64,000 nt of DNA, taken from positions 28,513,438-28,577,437 of the forward strand of contig NC_054751.1 of the NCBI RefSeq assembly GCF_018143015.1, in the 5' to 3' direction. Every line of letters begins with the position of its first letter. The first letter of the stretch is position 1. A program made the position numbers and the translations under genes. This stretch comes from Lytechinus variegatus (Eukaryota). Below the pieces are notes generated by a model. The model ran no database searches. It was not told where the DNA came from and was given only the letters and a program-made list of their open reading frames with translations. This document shows, piece by piece, positions 25,661-37,100 of this stretch.

Positions 25661-26059
25661 GGTACTTTGTATTTGATATTTGTGCATGAAAATATTTGCA
25701 CATTATTTAAACATCCATTTTCACATGAGGTTTTACTCCTTCTTTTGCAGATGTCATTTTATAACCTTCTTGATAAATTCCATGCCACTTTGAATTTATC
25801 TTGAGGGTGAAAGAACATAAAACCTTTCAAAAAATAATTTATGAGCATCACCTAGTATTGGTAGATGTAAAATTTCAGATTGACATAGCACCTTGGAGAT
25901 ACATGCCCCATGGATCTTTCTGAGGTAAAATTTGATGTTTTCACTCTTTACTCTCGATCATTCTTTTTCCATATTTTCTGTGAAGTATAAGGAAAACAGT
26001 CTTTCAGGGGCCACCATTTCAATTGCATGTTTCCTTTACACTTTGTTTATTTGCTGTAG

Positions 26060-26148
26060 AAATCTACAATGGAGTGAGTTTAGAGAGCCTGCAGATTTGT
26101 CCGGAGTTTGCTGATTTCAAGTTCACAAACTGGAATGCAGATGGAGAG
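26060..26148 (+). CDS. NCAPH: NCAPH exon 8 (EIYNGVSLESLQICPEFADFKFTNWNADGE)
   Basis: Acceptor tgctgtag| and donor |gtaaga. Matches human DRQICPSLAGFQFTQWDSE. Confidence 0.85.
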
Positions 26149-26309
26149 GTAAGAATGAAGCTTCAAGTTCCCAAGTTCAGGGCCTGTCTAATCTCAACTG
26201 TATGGAAATCCACCCATACCATAATTTTTTTTCTACAGGAAATTTGCACAAGCTCCATAGTAAACAAAGAGAATCACACTGAATCTCCAAGAGAAAGATG
26301 AATGTATGA

Positions 26310-26514
26310 ATATGGGCAATTCCATAAAATAATCAACCTTTTTGTACGTCCGACCCCATTTTTCTCAAGTTGAACTTCACTTCATAAACTAACCAAGTCA
26401 CGGTTGTTTGAGAGCATTACAGACTGTCAAAAGAACAAAAATCAGAGACAGAAATTTCATGAAGGTCCCACATATAGGGGGTCCGACTTACATAATTTAT
26501 GGAATTGCCCATAT
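26310..26514. mobile_element. 205-bp MITE (TIR ATATGGGCAATTCCATAAA...TTATGGAATTGCCCATAT) in intron 8
   Basis: Perfect 18-bp TIRs. Confidence 0.6.
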
Positions 26515-27314
26515 GCATCATATCTACAAAATATTTGAACACACATATAGTTAAGAAGTTGACTTTGCTTGCTTTCCATAGTTGTGATTGATCAAATCAA
26601 TCACAACTCTTTTGACGGGCCCCAGGCCCCAGTAGCTATTGATTGTAGCACTCATTTCTGCAGTTACATTGGTTATTGTGTATGATTGATCAGAAAAACC
26701 ATCCCAAAAATCAACTACAAAGCTTTGTGTTTAGGGGGCCAAGGTTTACTATATCTGACATATATGTAACAGAATTATAAAATTATAATAGTACCATTCT
26801 TAATAGACGCATTACACCTACAGGTCTCTCTGCACGAGGAAAGCAGAAAAAATGGTTTGGATTGTATACTTGAAAATTAAACATTAGATACATGTATACA
26901 TTATAAACATCAACAAATATTAAAACATAGATTAAGCCTAACTTAGTTAAACATTCTGAAAGAGGTAGGTTTATAATTATTCTGCGAGTTGCTCAAGCTG
27001 GGTAATATTTTGTAAGGTCGGTGGGAGAGAATTCCATTGTGCTGGTGCACTTTTCTGGAAAGCCCGATCCCTATAGCAGACCATTTTGAAGGAGTCGGGT
27101 TTAGTGATTATGATGATGATGAATGAAGGAGGGGAGCCGCTCCCGGGGATGGACAGAAGACATACAATATGAGTATTTTAGGACAAATGAGGCACATTTA
27201 CATAAAAAATGCTCCCAAAATACAGAGGGCGCCAAAATAACCAAGTCCAAGTAGAGGTCACTCAATACAGCATTCAAGACCATGACCTAGACTTCTGATA
27301 AAATGTGCCATTAA

Positions 27315-28048
27315 CCCTATCTAGGCCGGGGGGGGCCTCGGAGGCCCCCCCCTCAACGAATCGCGCGATAATTTCGCCGTGCGAAATTTTTTGACCGCGG
27401 CGCTCGCTGACTTTTTACTTTCAAGTCTTGCGCAACTTTTGAGACCAACTTTGCGTCACCCGGGTATGTGGTTCCAAAATTACGCAACATTATATAAGTG
27501 CATGTCGGACCAAAAATTGCTCAAAAACGTGATTTCGTGTACAAAGTCAATGCAAATTGTGTTTTAAACCAAAATTCATAAATGTATGATCATTTTTAGT
27601 TTTGTTGGTCTAAATGTATTTATTTTATGCTTTTTATGATCACAGAAGAGTCCCCAACAAATTTCATTGAAAAAACAATGAAAAACAAAAGGTCAAAAAA
27701 CAAAGAAATACATAAGAAATTGCAAAAAACAATATAATACATAAGAAAATGATTTGATATCGCAATTTTTTCATCTACACTTGCTAAAAACACCACAAAG
27801 AGTTTGTATACCAAAAATTAGTACATTTGGAGCTTTATTCAGGGAGTTAGAGGTAAAAGTATGATTTCGCATACTAATTACGCATAAATTAGCATAATCA
27901 CTTAATAGCAATTCGCATGAAATAAATTGCTATACAATCTTGTAGATTATGTCCCAGGCAAACCGCGTGCCAATTTTCGGCGCGGTCGACGGCCTAGGAG
28001 GCCCCCCCCGGCATTATGAACTCCCAAAATACCCCGGCCTAGATAGGG
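27315..28048. mobile_element. piggyBac-like non-autonomous element (MITE), 734 bp, with TIRs CCCTATCTAGGCCGG...CCGGCCTAGATAGGG and flanking TTAA at both ends
   Basis: Perfect 15-bp or longer TIRs beginning CCCT. TTAA at 27311-27314 and 28049-28052 is the piggyBac target duplication. No transposase ORF. Lies in NCAPH intron 8. Confidence 0.7.
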
Positions 28049-28109
28049 TTAAGTAAGAGACTACTACTAATTTATTTCATCTCATTGTTTTTCCTTTCGT
28101 TTATCACAG

Positions 28110-28351
28110 GAGGGTGTCACTTCCATGATCAGCAAGATGGCCGCAGACAGCAAACAAGCCTTCGACGTCCACGCAATCCCCGAACCTCTGGAAGAAGAGC
28201 CCGCAGATCACATGGGTATGGGAGCAGACCATTTTGAAGGAGGGGGCTTTAGTGATGATGATGATGACGGAGGGGAGCGGTTAGACCAGCCCTCGATGTT
28301 TCACTCGGATAATTCCGATGCCACCATCATGATAGGTCGTTCAGCGTCAAG
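28110..28351 (+). CDS. NCAPH: NCAPH exon 9 (EGVTSMISKMAADSKQAFDVHAIPEPLEEEPADH...FSDDDDDGGERLDQPSMFHSDNSDATIMIGRSAS), acidic region, ends in phase 2
   Basis: Acceptor tatcacag| and donor caag|gtaagg. Open for 242 nt. Corresponds to the human acidic DESDCGDFPDGSLGDDFDANDEPD region. Confidence 0.8.
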
Positions 28352-28892
28352 GTAAGGATTCCTCACTTTGCGCTTGTAACAATGGTCAATCTCCTGCTCT
28401 ATGCAGTGATTAATCTGAATGAGACTGAGCCATGTGTCTGCAGACTGGAGTCTATATGGAAAACATGTGTTATAGCGGAATCATTTAGTCTGCAATGGTT
28501 CAAAGATAAAGGAACATCATTGCAGCACCTCTATGTCATGGTAGATCTATATCTGATTCATGTACATAAATCTAATTCTATGAAACCATGACGTCTAAGC
28601 TGAAAAAGAATCGCACTGAATACCACCAACACAGATGAGCAGACGAACCATTGAGAGGCTTTGAATTGATACGGTGCTTGACTTCGGACTCTGTTGCCAC
28701 TGTTTAATTTGATTATCAAACTTTATTGGTGCAGTAATTCTCCATCTATAGGATGCAAGTACTTTTTCAGCAAGAAAAGGAAGTATTTTTTATGATTTTA
28801 ATCAAGGACCATTCTCGATGATGTGTCACACAATTGATAATAAATGATTATTGTAATGGAAAGCATTTTAATGATAACTTCTCTTTGTTCAG

Positions 28893-29029
28893 TTCTGTAT
28901 CAGTCAACACTGGAGGGAAACTCTGCTTACAGCTTTCACTGGAACCCTCCGAGTATTCATACTTCAACCTGGATGTCCTCAATACGTGGGCAGGTCCGCA
29001 GCACTGGAAACTCAAACCTAAATCTAAAG
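28893..29029 (+). CDS. NCAPH: NCAPH exon 10 (SSVSVNTGGKLCLQLSLEPSEYSYFNLDVLNTWAGPQHWKLKPKSK)
   Basis: Acceptor ttgttcag| and donor |gtaact. Strong match to human [30 protein letters not shown]. Confidence 0.9.
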
Positions 29030-29093
29030 GTAACTCGTTGATTTCTGATCTTGTCAAACCTTTCTATAACGGCCATCCACATGGAACATATTG

Positions 29094-29515
29094 GCCCGAA
29101 TTCACAAAGGTGGTTCTGAAAAGCATCGGGTGAACCCATGGTTTATGCAGAAAGGAAGAAATTCCTTGATTGCTTTGAGCGCCTAGGCAGCCCAGCTAAA
29201 GCCGGGGTAATAATAATAGCAGGGCCCACTGGGAGAAAAGTTTTCGAAACTGAAGTGGCTTCCCTGGGTAAATATACCTATATTATTATTATTATGCAGA
29301 TTTTCTGTATGAATTATGCTTATTTACCATGTATATTAAAATAAAATGTCCAATGCTGATGTACGCCAAATGGTGCGCTGTTTTATTCATGAGTCTACTG
29401 TTTGAAGAGTGGACTCATTAATTTAAATTAGTGGACTCATGAATAAAATAGCGTGGATAACCACGGCAACAGGCGTCAATTTGGCGCACAGTAACAAAAG
29501 TGCACCAGCATTGGA
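29094..29515. mobile_element. Second copy of the same MITE, carrying a nested SINE-tail fragment insertion (29150-29290) flanked by duplicated tatgcag
   Basis: Same 5' TIR (ggcccgaattcacaaaggtgg) and same internal palindrome as copy 1. The insert matches the SINE tail ctaaagccggggtaataataa. The right TIR is missing. About 65 bp downstream of the exon 10 donor. Confidence 0.55.
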
Positions 29516-29755
29516 ATTTTTAAATGTACGTGGTAAATAAAAGTAATTTTACTTTGAGGGTCAAATGAGCTGATACTATTTGTATGAACCTCTACTGTCA
29601 GAGATTTATGTCTCAATTGGCTATCCATAGTTAAACCACATTTTAGACTGGAATTATGAAATCTGACCTCAGAATACAGGCCATTATTTGTAATGACCTT
29701 GCATCTTGTTTGCGAGAAGAGATTTGTTTTATGATTTGCCTCATTTTATTTTTAG

Positions 29756-29865
29756 ATCCTGCTACATCCGAGGAAGGCACCAAGAAGGCAGCCTCGAAGA
29801 AGCCTGTATTCAGATTGAATTACGATGAAGATATTGACTTTGATAAATTCTTTGGCGAAAGCAAG
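29756..29865 (+). CDS. NCAPH: NCAPH exon 11 ([37 protein letters not shown])
   Basis: Acceptor tatttttag| and donor |gtaagt. Matches human KKDFEIDFEDDIDFDVYFRKTK. Confidence 0.9.
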
Positions 29866-30124
29866 GTAAGTCTTGCTCCATTGTTCCGTGCAGAAAGTTC
29901 AGTTTTGTGGATTAATGATTTATTCTCGCAGGTGTCTTCTACCGAAGTCACTCAACAGTCATCATGCACTGATTATGATGTAGGACTTGAGGTTTTGCTT
30001 GTCAAATTTGAAAAAAAGAATCATCTAATTTTTTTTCAAGTAACTGATATCTCAATGATATGATTTAATAGAGGGTGGATCTTTTAACTTTGGAGATCAA
30101 TGAGTAACATATTTCTGTCTTTAC

Positions 30125-30285
30125 AGGGTATCCAGCCCATCAGGGAAAATTATTTCACTTTTTTTTATAGTCAGGGAAAATCAAGGAATTTGATGAAATA
30201 ATACCTAAAATCAGAGAAAAATGCCTCAAATGAGGCAAAAATCAGGGAACTTTGTTTTCTTGAAAAGCTTGGAACCCTGCTTTAA
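30125..30285. mobile_element. Short MITE (TIR GGGT.CCCAGC...GCTGGAACCCTG), 83 bp upstream of exon 12
   Basis: Shares ends and internal aatcagggaa motifs with 32421-32897. Confidence 0.5.
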
Positions 30286-30367
30286 GATCACCCAACAGTT
30301 GGTAATATTTAAAAAATTCTTTTTAATCTTTAGTGCTTGTTTGTGATGTGTAATTCTTTTGATTCAG

Positions 30368-30493
30368 GCTTCCACCACACTCTCTCAGGCTACTCTGAAT
30401 AAATATAATAAGAGTGAGCTCACTCTTCCTGATCAAGATGACGATTACAAACCAACGAGTCTCCTGAAGATGTTCCTCAGGCCAAACTTCATG
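30368..30493 (+). CDS. NCAPH: NCAPH exon 12 (ASTTLSQATLNKYNKSELTLPDQDDDYKPTSLLKMFLRPNFM)
   Basis: Acceptor ttgattcag| and donor |gtgaga. Matches human [45 protein letters not shown]. Confidence 0.85.
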
Positions 30494-30577
30494 GTGAGAA
30501 AACCTTCATTTATAATAATAATGATAACCCTAGGTATATTTACCTAGAGTAGCCACTTCAGTTTTGAAAACTGTTCT

Positions 30578-30800
30578 ACCAGCGGGCCCTGCTATTATTA
30601 TTACCCCGGCTTTAGCTGAGCTGCTTAGGCGCTCAAGCATTCAAGGAATTTCTTCCTACCGGGTACCCATTCACCTCACCTGGTTGAGTGCAGCACAATG
30701 TGGTTGAGTTTCTTGCTGAAGGAAATTACGCCATGGCTGAGATTCGAATCCACGACCCTCTGTTTCAAAGTCACACGACTATTCCACTTGGTTATAATGC
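30578..30800 (-). mobile_element. SINE copy (same family) in intron 12, with tail ...gcgcctaagcagctcagctaaagccggggtaataataatagcagggcc
   Basis: Reverse complement matches 13809-14025 across the head and body. Confidence 0.6.
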
Positions 30801-31426
30801 TCCATTTACTGCTCCTCGTGCTTTTTAAAATCAAGTCCTTGAATATTTTGTTCACTTGCCACCAGTCTTTTTATTAATTCCATGAGGTATGATTGAAAAA
30901 TCAAACCTTTCTTATATGCTTCATAAAGAAAAAGTATGTGCCCCCCCCCCCCCGTTCCAGACTGTGAAATTAAAATGTATCCCCAGTTTTTTGTCATAAT
31001 GTGGTGGTATTTCTCTTTGCGTACCTTGATAATAAAATCTTTAGTTTGAACTTCATTTATAACATATGTGTGATAGGGATATATTGGTTTGAATTTAGAT
31101 GAATAAATGAAACACTGATTGATTTGAATTTGATAATCAAACTTCCTGTAAAGCCTTTCAGTTCTAATTACAACCTTTCATATGATTCTGATGTGCACAT
31201 TTCATGGAATCACTTCTTGGCTAATTTGGCAAAAAAAGAAGGAAAAAAAATTTTACTGAATCCTGCTACTTTTGGTGTTTTTTTAAAAATGAAATAAAAC
31301 ACTGTTCTTTGATTTCCTTCATTGGCTTCCCATACACTCTTGAATAACCTTCAGGAGTCTTCTCATATACAAAATTACACTCATCCTGTCCCTCTAATAT
31401 AAACCGTGGCCCTGGTAAGAAGACCT

Positions 31427-31693
31427 GGGCCCTGTCTTATAAAGAGTTGCAATTGATCCGATCAATCACAACTATGGACAGCCAGCAACGTCAATATCTA
31501 TTATGCATGTTTGTTCAAATATTTTCGAACTATGATGCATATTTGTGAATTCATTGTGCTCTTGAAAGTTCACTGTGTTTCTCTTTGGTTACAAAGGACA
31601 TTGTGCAAATTTCCTGTAGAAAAAATTATGACACTGATGGATTTCCAGAGAGGTACGATTGATTGGATCAATCGTAACTCGTAAGACAGGGCC
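31427..31693. mobile_element. MITE (TIR GGGCCCTGTCTTA.AAGAGTTGCAATTGATCCGATCAATC), followed by an abutting truncated second copy at 31695-31900 whose internal part is inverted
   Basis: Long, nearly perfect TIRs. The same family occurs at 52276-52540, and shorter relatives at 51921-52052 and 57185-57215. Confidence 0.6.
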
Positions 31694-32129
31694 CAGGGCC
31701 CCCATTTTGCAAAGAGCTACGTTTGATCCGATCAACCTCAAGTATATGGAAATCCATTGCTGTCATAATTTTTTCCTCTCGGGAAATTTGCACAATGTCC
31801 TTTGTAAACAAAGATAAGCACACTGAGTTTTCAAGAACACCATGAATTTTTGAATGAATGAACATAATATCTAGAAAATATGTTAACAAAAAGGCTTTTA
31901 ACATGATGTAAGATGGGTTCAGATATGGTTTATTGCTGTAATTTCTCATGCCCTCTGGAACAAGCTCCCAATCCATATCCAAAGTGCTCCCTCTTTTGAA
32001 ATATTCAAATCCTTAATACCTTTTTTTTCTTTACATTAAAGGTTTATTCATATTAGTCAGCCCACTTGCGCACTTTAAAATATCCATATAAAGCACCCAA
32101 TGAATGTTTTTTTTGTTTTTTATTTTCAG

Positions 32130-32237
32130 ATGAAACGTCAGACTACAAACAGCAGCAATGACTCTCTTGATGATGGTATCGATGGCTATGATTACAACAA
32201 CGAGAATGACTGCGCCAACTTTTGTCCAGCTGCTGGG
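32130..32237 (+). CDS. NCAPH: NCAPH exon 13 (MKRQTTNSSNDSLDDGIDGYDYNNENDCANFCPAAG)
   Basis: Acceptor tattttcag| and donor |gtgagt. Matches human [24 protein letters not shown]. Confidence 0.9.
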
Positions 32238-32420
32238 GTGAGTCCAAAAAGCGTAGTATACAAAGACTTCTGGTAAATGATAAAGTCAGTGTTCAACCCG
32301 AGTAAAAGTTGGTTTGAATAAAAACAGGAAAGTCAAGCAAGAGTAACAGTCAAAATAGTTTTCAGGGAAATTTTTGTAAACCCAGCAAATAGATAAGATA
32401 ATAAATAAAACACTTATTAA

Positions 32421-32897
32421 AGGGTTCCCAGCCCATCAGAGAAAATAATTTTACTTTTTTCCAGTCAGGGAAGAATCAGGAAATTTGACCAAAAAATCCT
32501 CAAAATCAGGGGGAAATGCCTCGAATGAGGGAAAGAATCAGGGAATTTTGATTAGCCCTAAAGTTGAAAGCATGGTAGTCAGTCAGACTCTGCTATGCTA
32601 TCTTAAACATAGTGTGTTGTATTTAATGATATAATAGGATTGCCTCGTATCTACCTCTTTCTGTATAAGATGAGGAAAGGATGGCTGTATGGGGAGAAGG
32701 GAGGCCATTACATAGCCTGTGTAATAGTACTAATTAGTTTTGCATTATTGTTTTTATACTGAAAATACATTAATTCACTGCAACAACTTAGAAAACAGGC
32801 AAAATTGGGAATTGGTTTAAATAATTATCAGGGAATTTTTAAACTATAATCAGGGAAAAATCAGGAATTTTTTTTCTTGAAAAGCTGGGAACCCTGT
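32421..32897. mobile_element. Related MITE copy (TIR CAGGGTTCCCAGC), ending 35 bp upstream of exon 14
   Basis: Terminal inverted repeats agggttcccagc...gctgggaaccctg. Internal homology to 30125-30285. Confidence 0.5.
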
Positions 32898-32931
32898 ATT
32901 ATATTCCCATTCTTTGTTTTGTGTTTATCAG

Positions 32932-33117
32932 GGTGGTGATGATGATGACGACGACGACAGCAGCCACGCCCCTGGGAGCATGACCTATGACCTGAGCTCC
33001 ATGGGGGGTTGTGACATGAGTCAGGGATCAGCTGGTAGCCATAGCGGTTTCTTCAATAACAGTGTCTTTGATGCCACGATGCTTCAGGGAGACAAGCTGG
33101 TTGCACAACCCCACAAG
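32932..33117 (+). CDS. NCAPH: NCAPH exon 14 (GGDDDDDDDSSHAPGSMTYDLSSMGGCDMSQGSAGSHSGFFNNSVFDATMLQGDKLVAQPHK)
   Basis: Acceptor tgtttatcag| and donor AAG|gtatgc. Matches human DSDDEDLDDLFVGPVG...NLVAEPQKV. Confidence 0.85.
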
Positions 33118-33700
33118 GTATGCATCTGTCTACTAGTACTACAAGGGGAGGGGGGGTGTGATCTAAATCAGGAATCAGCTGGTAGCCATAGTGTTTCTTC
33201 AATAACAGTGTCTTTGATGCCACGATGCTTCAGGGAGATAAGCTGGTTGCACAATCCCACAAGTTATGCATCAGTCTACTAAGACTACTGGGGAAGGGGG
33301 TGACCTAAATCAGGGATCAGCTGGTAGCCATAGCGGTTTCTTCAATAACAGTGTCTTTGATGCCACGATACTACACAGAGACAGGCTGGTTGCTCAACCC
33401 CACAAGGTATACATCTGTCTACTAATACAACAGGGGAAGGGGGGGTTGTGACCTAAATCAGGGATCAACTGGTAGCCATAGTGGTTTCTTCAATAACTGT
33501 GTCTTTGATGCCACGATACTACACCGAGACAGGCTGGTTGCTCAACCCCACAAGGTATACATCTGTTTACTAATACAACAGGGGAAGGGGGGGTGTGACC
33601 TAAATCAGGGATCAGCTGGTAGCCATATTGGTTTCTTCAATAACTGTCTTTTATGCCACGTTGCTTTAGGGAGACAGGCTGGTTGCTCAACCTCCCAAGG
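33003..33700 (+). repeat. NCAPH: Tandem array (about 5 x 140 bp) formed by duplications of the 3' part of exon 14 plus its donor and the first about 50 nt of intron 14
   Basis: Units start at about 33003 (genuine exon part), 33146, 33284, 33425 and 33561. Units 3 and 4 keep the reading frame GS(A/T)GSHSGFFNN(S/C)VFDATILHRDRLVAQPHK and AAG|GTATAC donors. ORF 33266..33451 reflects this. Confidence 0.8.
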
Positions 33701-34184
33701 TAGGTATTAGGGGGGAGGGGTTATGCATGGCTTCACGCACAACTGGAACATATTCTTACGTGCCAAGCCAGCTACATAGGGATATGTCACACAGCAAAAG
33801 AAATGGTCACCATTTATGCGCAAAGTCATTCTTATCTTGCGTACTGCTTCATGAAACGCCCCCCTGAGGTTTCTTCTGCAGAGACCAAGTGGACCGGTAA
33901 AGTTAAGATATCAATCAGAAAGTCAGTGTCGCCGAAGACTGAAAATGATCTAAATTCCCTTCTTTACATTAAAGCGTTCACAAGATAATCAAATTTTATA
34001 AATTTTTATATTGTTTATGGGTTGGATTAAAACTGGTGGTCTCATTCTGTCTTTCCTTGCATATGACTCATATGTATGAGACTTTAAATGAATTTCCATG
34101 TACAAACTTGCACTGTAGAACAATTCATCTTTTAATATCGCACTCAAAGCATGTCAGGGGATTTTTGAAAATTTGTACAAATCT

Positions 34185-37100
34185 GTGAACACTGCAGTGT
34201 TGTAGTGCCTTGATGCTCGGCCTTGGCCTTAAGGCGCCTTAAGGCCTATTTTTTCAAAGCCTTGGCCTTGAACATTCAAGCCTTGGCCTTGAGAGGGCCT
34301 TGGCCTTGAGGATTTTGAGCCTTGAAATTTCAAGGCATTTTCAAGGCTTTTTCAAGGCATTTTGTATTTTGTACTTTCATTTGTTTTATACAAGTAATTA
34401 TAAATGTTTCAATTGTTCTGTACATTTAATGACACTAAATACTACCAGTCAGCAGAAGCAGTAAGTGTACTTAGCAGTGCCATCAATTGCAATTATCATC
34501 ACATAATTATGTAACAAAGAGAAGTGATGAAAATTAATATTATTTATTGGTAATATGATGTAATCATGACTAATAAGGATAATGACAATATCAATAATAA
34601 TGATAATAATTATGATTAGGATTATAGTCAGTGGCGTAACTACAGGGGGGGAATGGGGGCACGTGCCCCCCCCCCATCGGCTGACTAAAAAAAAGGAGGA
34701 AAAGAGGGAGAAAGGAAGAGAAATGTAGTGGGAAAGAAGACATTTATGTTCATTATAATATGTTATAATTATGTTATGTTACATTACATAAGAAACACTT
34801 CTTTCATATAAATGAAACTTGCTCAGGGCATATGTCTTCATTGTTCCTGGTGCTCCCATTGTCTGTTTACCGAGATATATAATCCTGTTATACTAAAACC
34901 TCCCGTTTTCAAGTCAATAATAATAATAATAATAGAGGATACTTATTAAGCGCATAATAACTGGTCAAGTTCTCTATGCGCTTACCACCAAACATATATA
35001 CACCAAACTACCAAATATATTTGCTCGCACTTCGAGTTATTCTTTTACATGTACAATAGTATGCTTCTTTTTCATGAATACTTTAAGTGATTGTCCCATT
35101 TTAAGGTCTTAATATAAAACATTTCCTGTCCGTGCTTACGTTCGCAGTAGTGGATTTCTGAAAGATGTCTGCTCTCCATCAATTCCTAGAATGAGTCCTT
35201 AAAATGTCCCTTTTTCTGTTTTCTGATCTGAATATCAAAAATTTTCAGCTCGCGCTTTGCGCTCGCATCATTTGGTTAGTTAACTACGTAATGTCTTCTT
35301 GAATTCCTACAAACAAGCCTTAAAATGCCCCTCTTCAGATCTGAATTTCCTAAATTTTCAGCTCGCGCTTCGCGCTCGCAAGGTTTGATTAGTGAGATGG
35401 GTATGTTAATCATGATTACAAGCGCTTAATGTGCATGTTTAGATGTAATTCTAACAAAATCAGCAAGCGCTTATTGGCACTCCCATTAGATGACTACGGT
35501 GAGATGTGTATAATCTTAATAGATAAAAGATTCCTAAAATATAGTCCTTAAAATCTTCCTGTTTGGGGTCAATATTTACAAAAATTTCAGTTTGCGCTTC
35601 GCGCTCTTATTATTTAGCGAGACGGGTACGTATCATGATAACAAAAGATTGATTGTAATGTCCCTTTTTAGGTTTGAATATCAAAAATTTTAAGCTCGCG
35701 CTTCGCGTTCGCATTATTTGACAAGTGAGATACATGTCCGTTTATTGGCACTGTCCTTATAAAAATATCTCTATTAGGTCAGTATACCTGGCAACTGGGC
35801 GCGCTTCGCGCGCTCATAGGCAATTCCAAGTTTTTGCTGGTGCCCCCCAATGCCGTGACCCACGGTACGCCACTGATTATAGTGATTTTATGACAGGAAT
35901 AATTCTGACAGATTTGACTGCAATTTTGACAACAATTTTCATACCTTAAAAATAGCTTACTCTAAAGAATGATAACAAGGTTGATTTCTATTCCATTAGG
36001 TTTTCCTTGTATTATTTTCTTTAACCAACAAGAATGTTTAAGTCTTAATGATATTCTGAAAAGATTCGGTAAACTTAAACACAAACTTCAATTTCGTCAT
36101 TTCCAAATGGGCTATGGCATCAATGGCATGATGAGCCCAACAATTTTGAGGGGCCAAGCATGGCATACAGAGCAAAATTTTAGGTTTCAAAATCAACAAA
36201 TTTTGGATTGTGCTTGCATAAATTATTGTTAAGTAAGGTTCGCATTCAATTTACAAAAAAAATGCTTAGAATGTCTAGTTTTAAGGTCGGAATATTACAA
36301 ATTTTTAAGCTCGCGCTTCACGTTCGTATTATTTGACAAGTGAGATACATGTCCGTTTATTGGCACTGTCCTTATAAAAATATCTCTATTAGGTCAGTAT
36401 ACCTGGCAACTGGGCGCGCTTCGCGCGCTCATAGGCAATTCCAAGTTTTTGCTGGTGCCCCCCAATGCCGTGACCCACGGTACGCCACTGATTATAGTGA
36501 TTTTATGACAGGAATAATTCTGACAGATTTGACTGCAATTTTGACAACAATTTTCATACCTTAAAAATAGCTTACTCTAAAGAATGATAACAAGGTTGAT
36601 TTCTATTCCATTAGGTTTTCCTTGTATTATTTTCTTTGACCAACAAGAATGTTTAAGTCTTAATGATATTCTGAAAAGATTCGGTAAACTTAAACACAAA
36701 CTTCAATTTCGTCATTTCCAAATGGGCTATGGCATCAATGGCATGATGAGCCCAACAATTTTGAGGGGCCAAGCATGGCATACAGAGCAAAATTTTAGGT
36801 TTCAAAATCAACAAATTTTGGATTGTGCTTGCATAAATTATTGTTAAGTAAGGTTCGCATTCAATTTACAAAAAAAAATGCTTAGAATGTCTAGTTTTAA
36901 GGTCGGAATATTACAAATTTTTGAGCTCGCGCTTTGCGCTCGCATTATTTGATTGGTGAGTTATGTATCCTATTTATGAGTCACTAAATGCAGTCCAGAA
37001 CAGCCTCCTTTTCTGGTCAGTAAAAATTTCAGCTTGTGTTTTGTGCTCGCGTTAATTTGTTCAGTAAGATGCACACCTTTTTCATGATTACAAAAACAGC

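Noticed and set aside
28834-29133. ORF 28834..29133 and ORF 29656..30063 extending past exons 10 and 11
   Set aside because: They read through the splice donors into intron sequence. Only the portions bounded by the acceptor and donor are coding.
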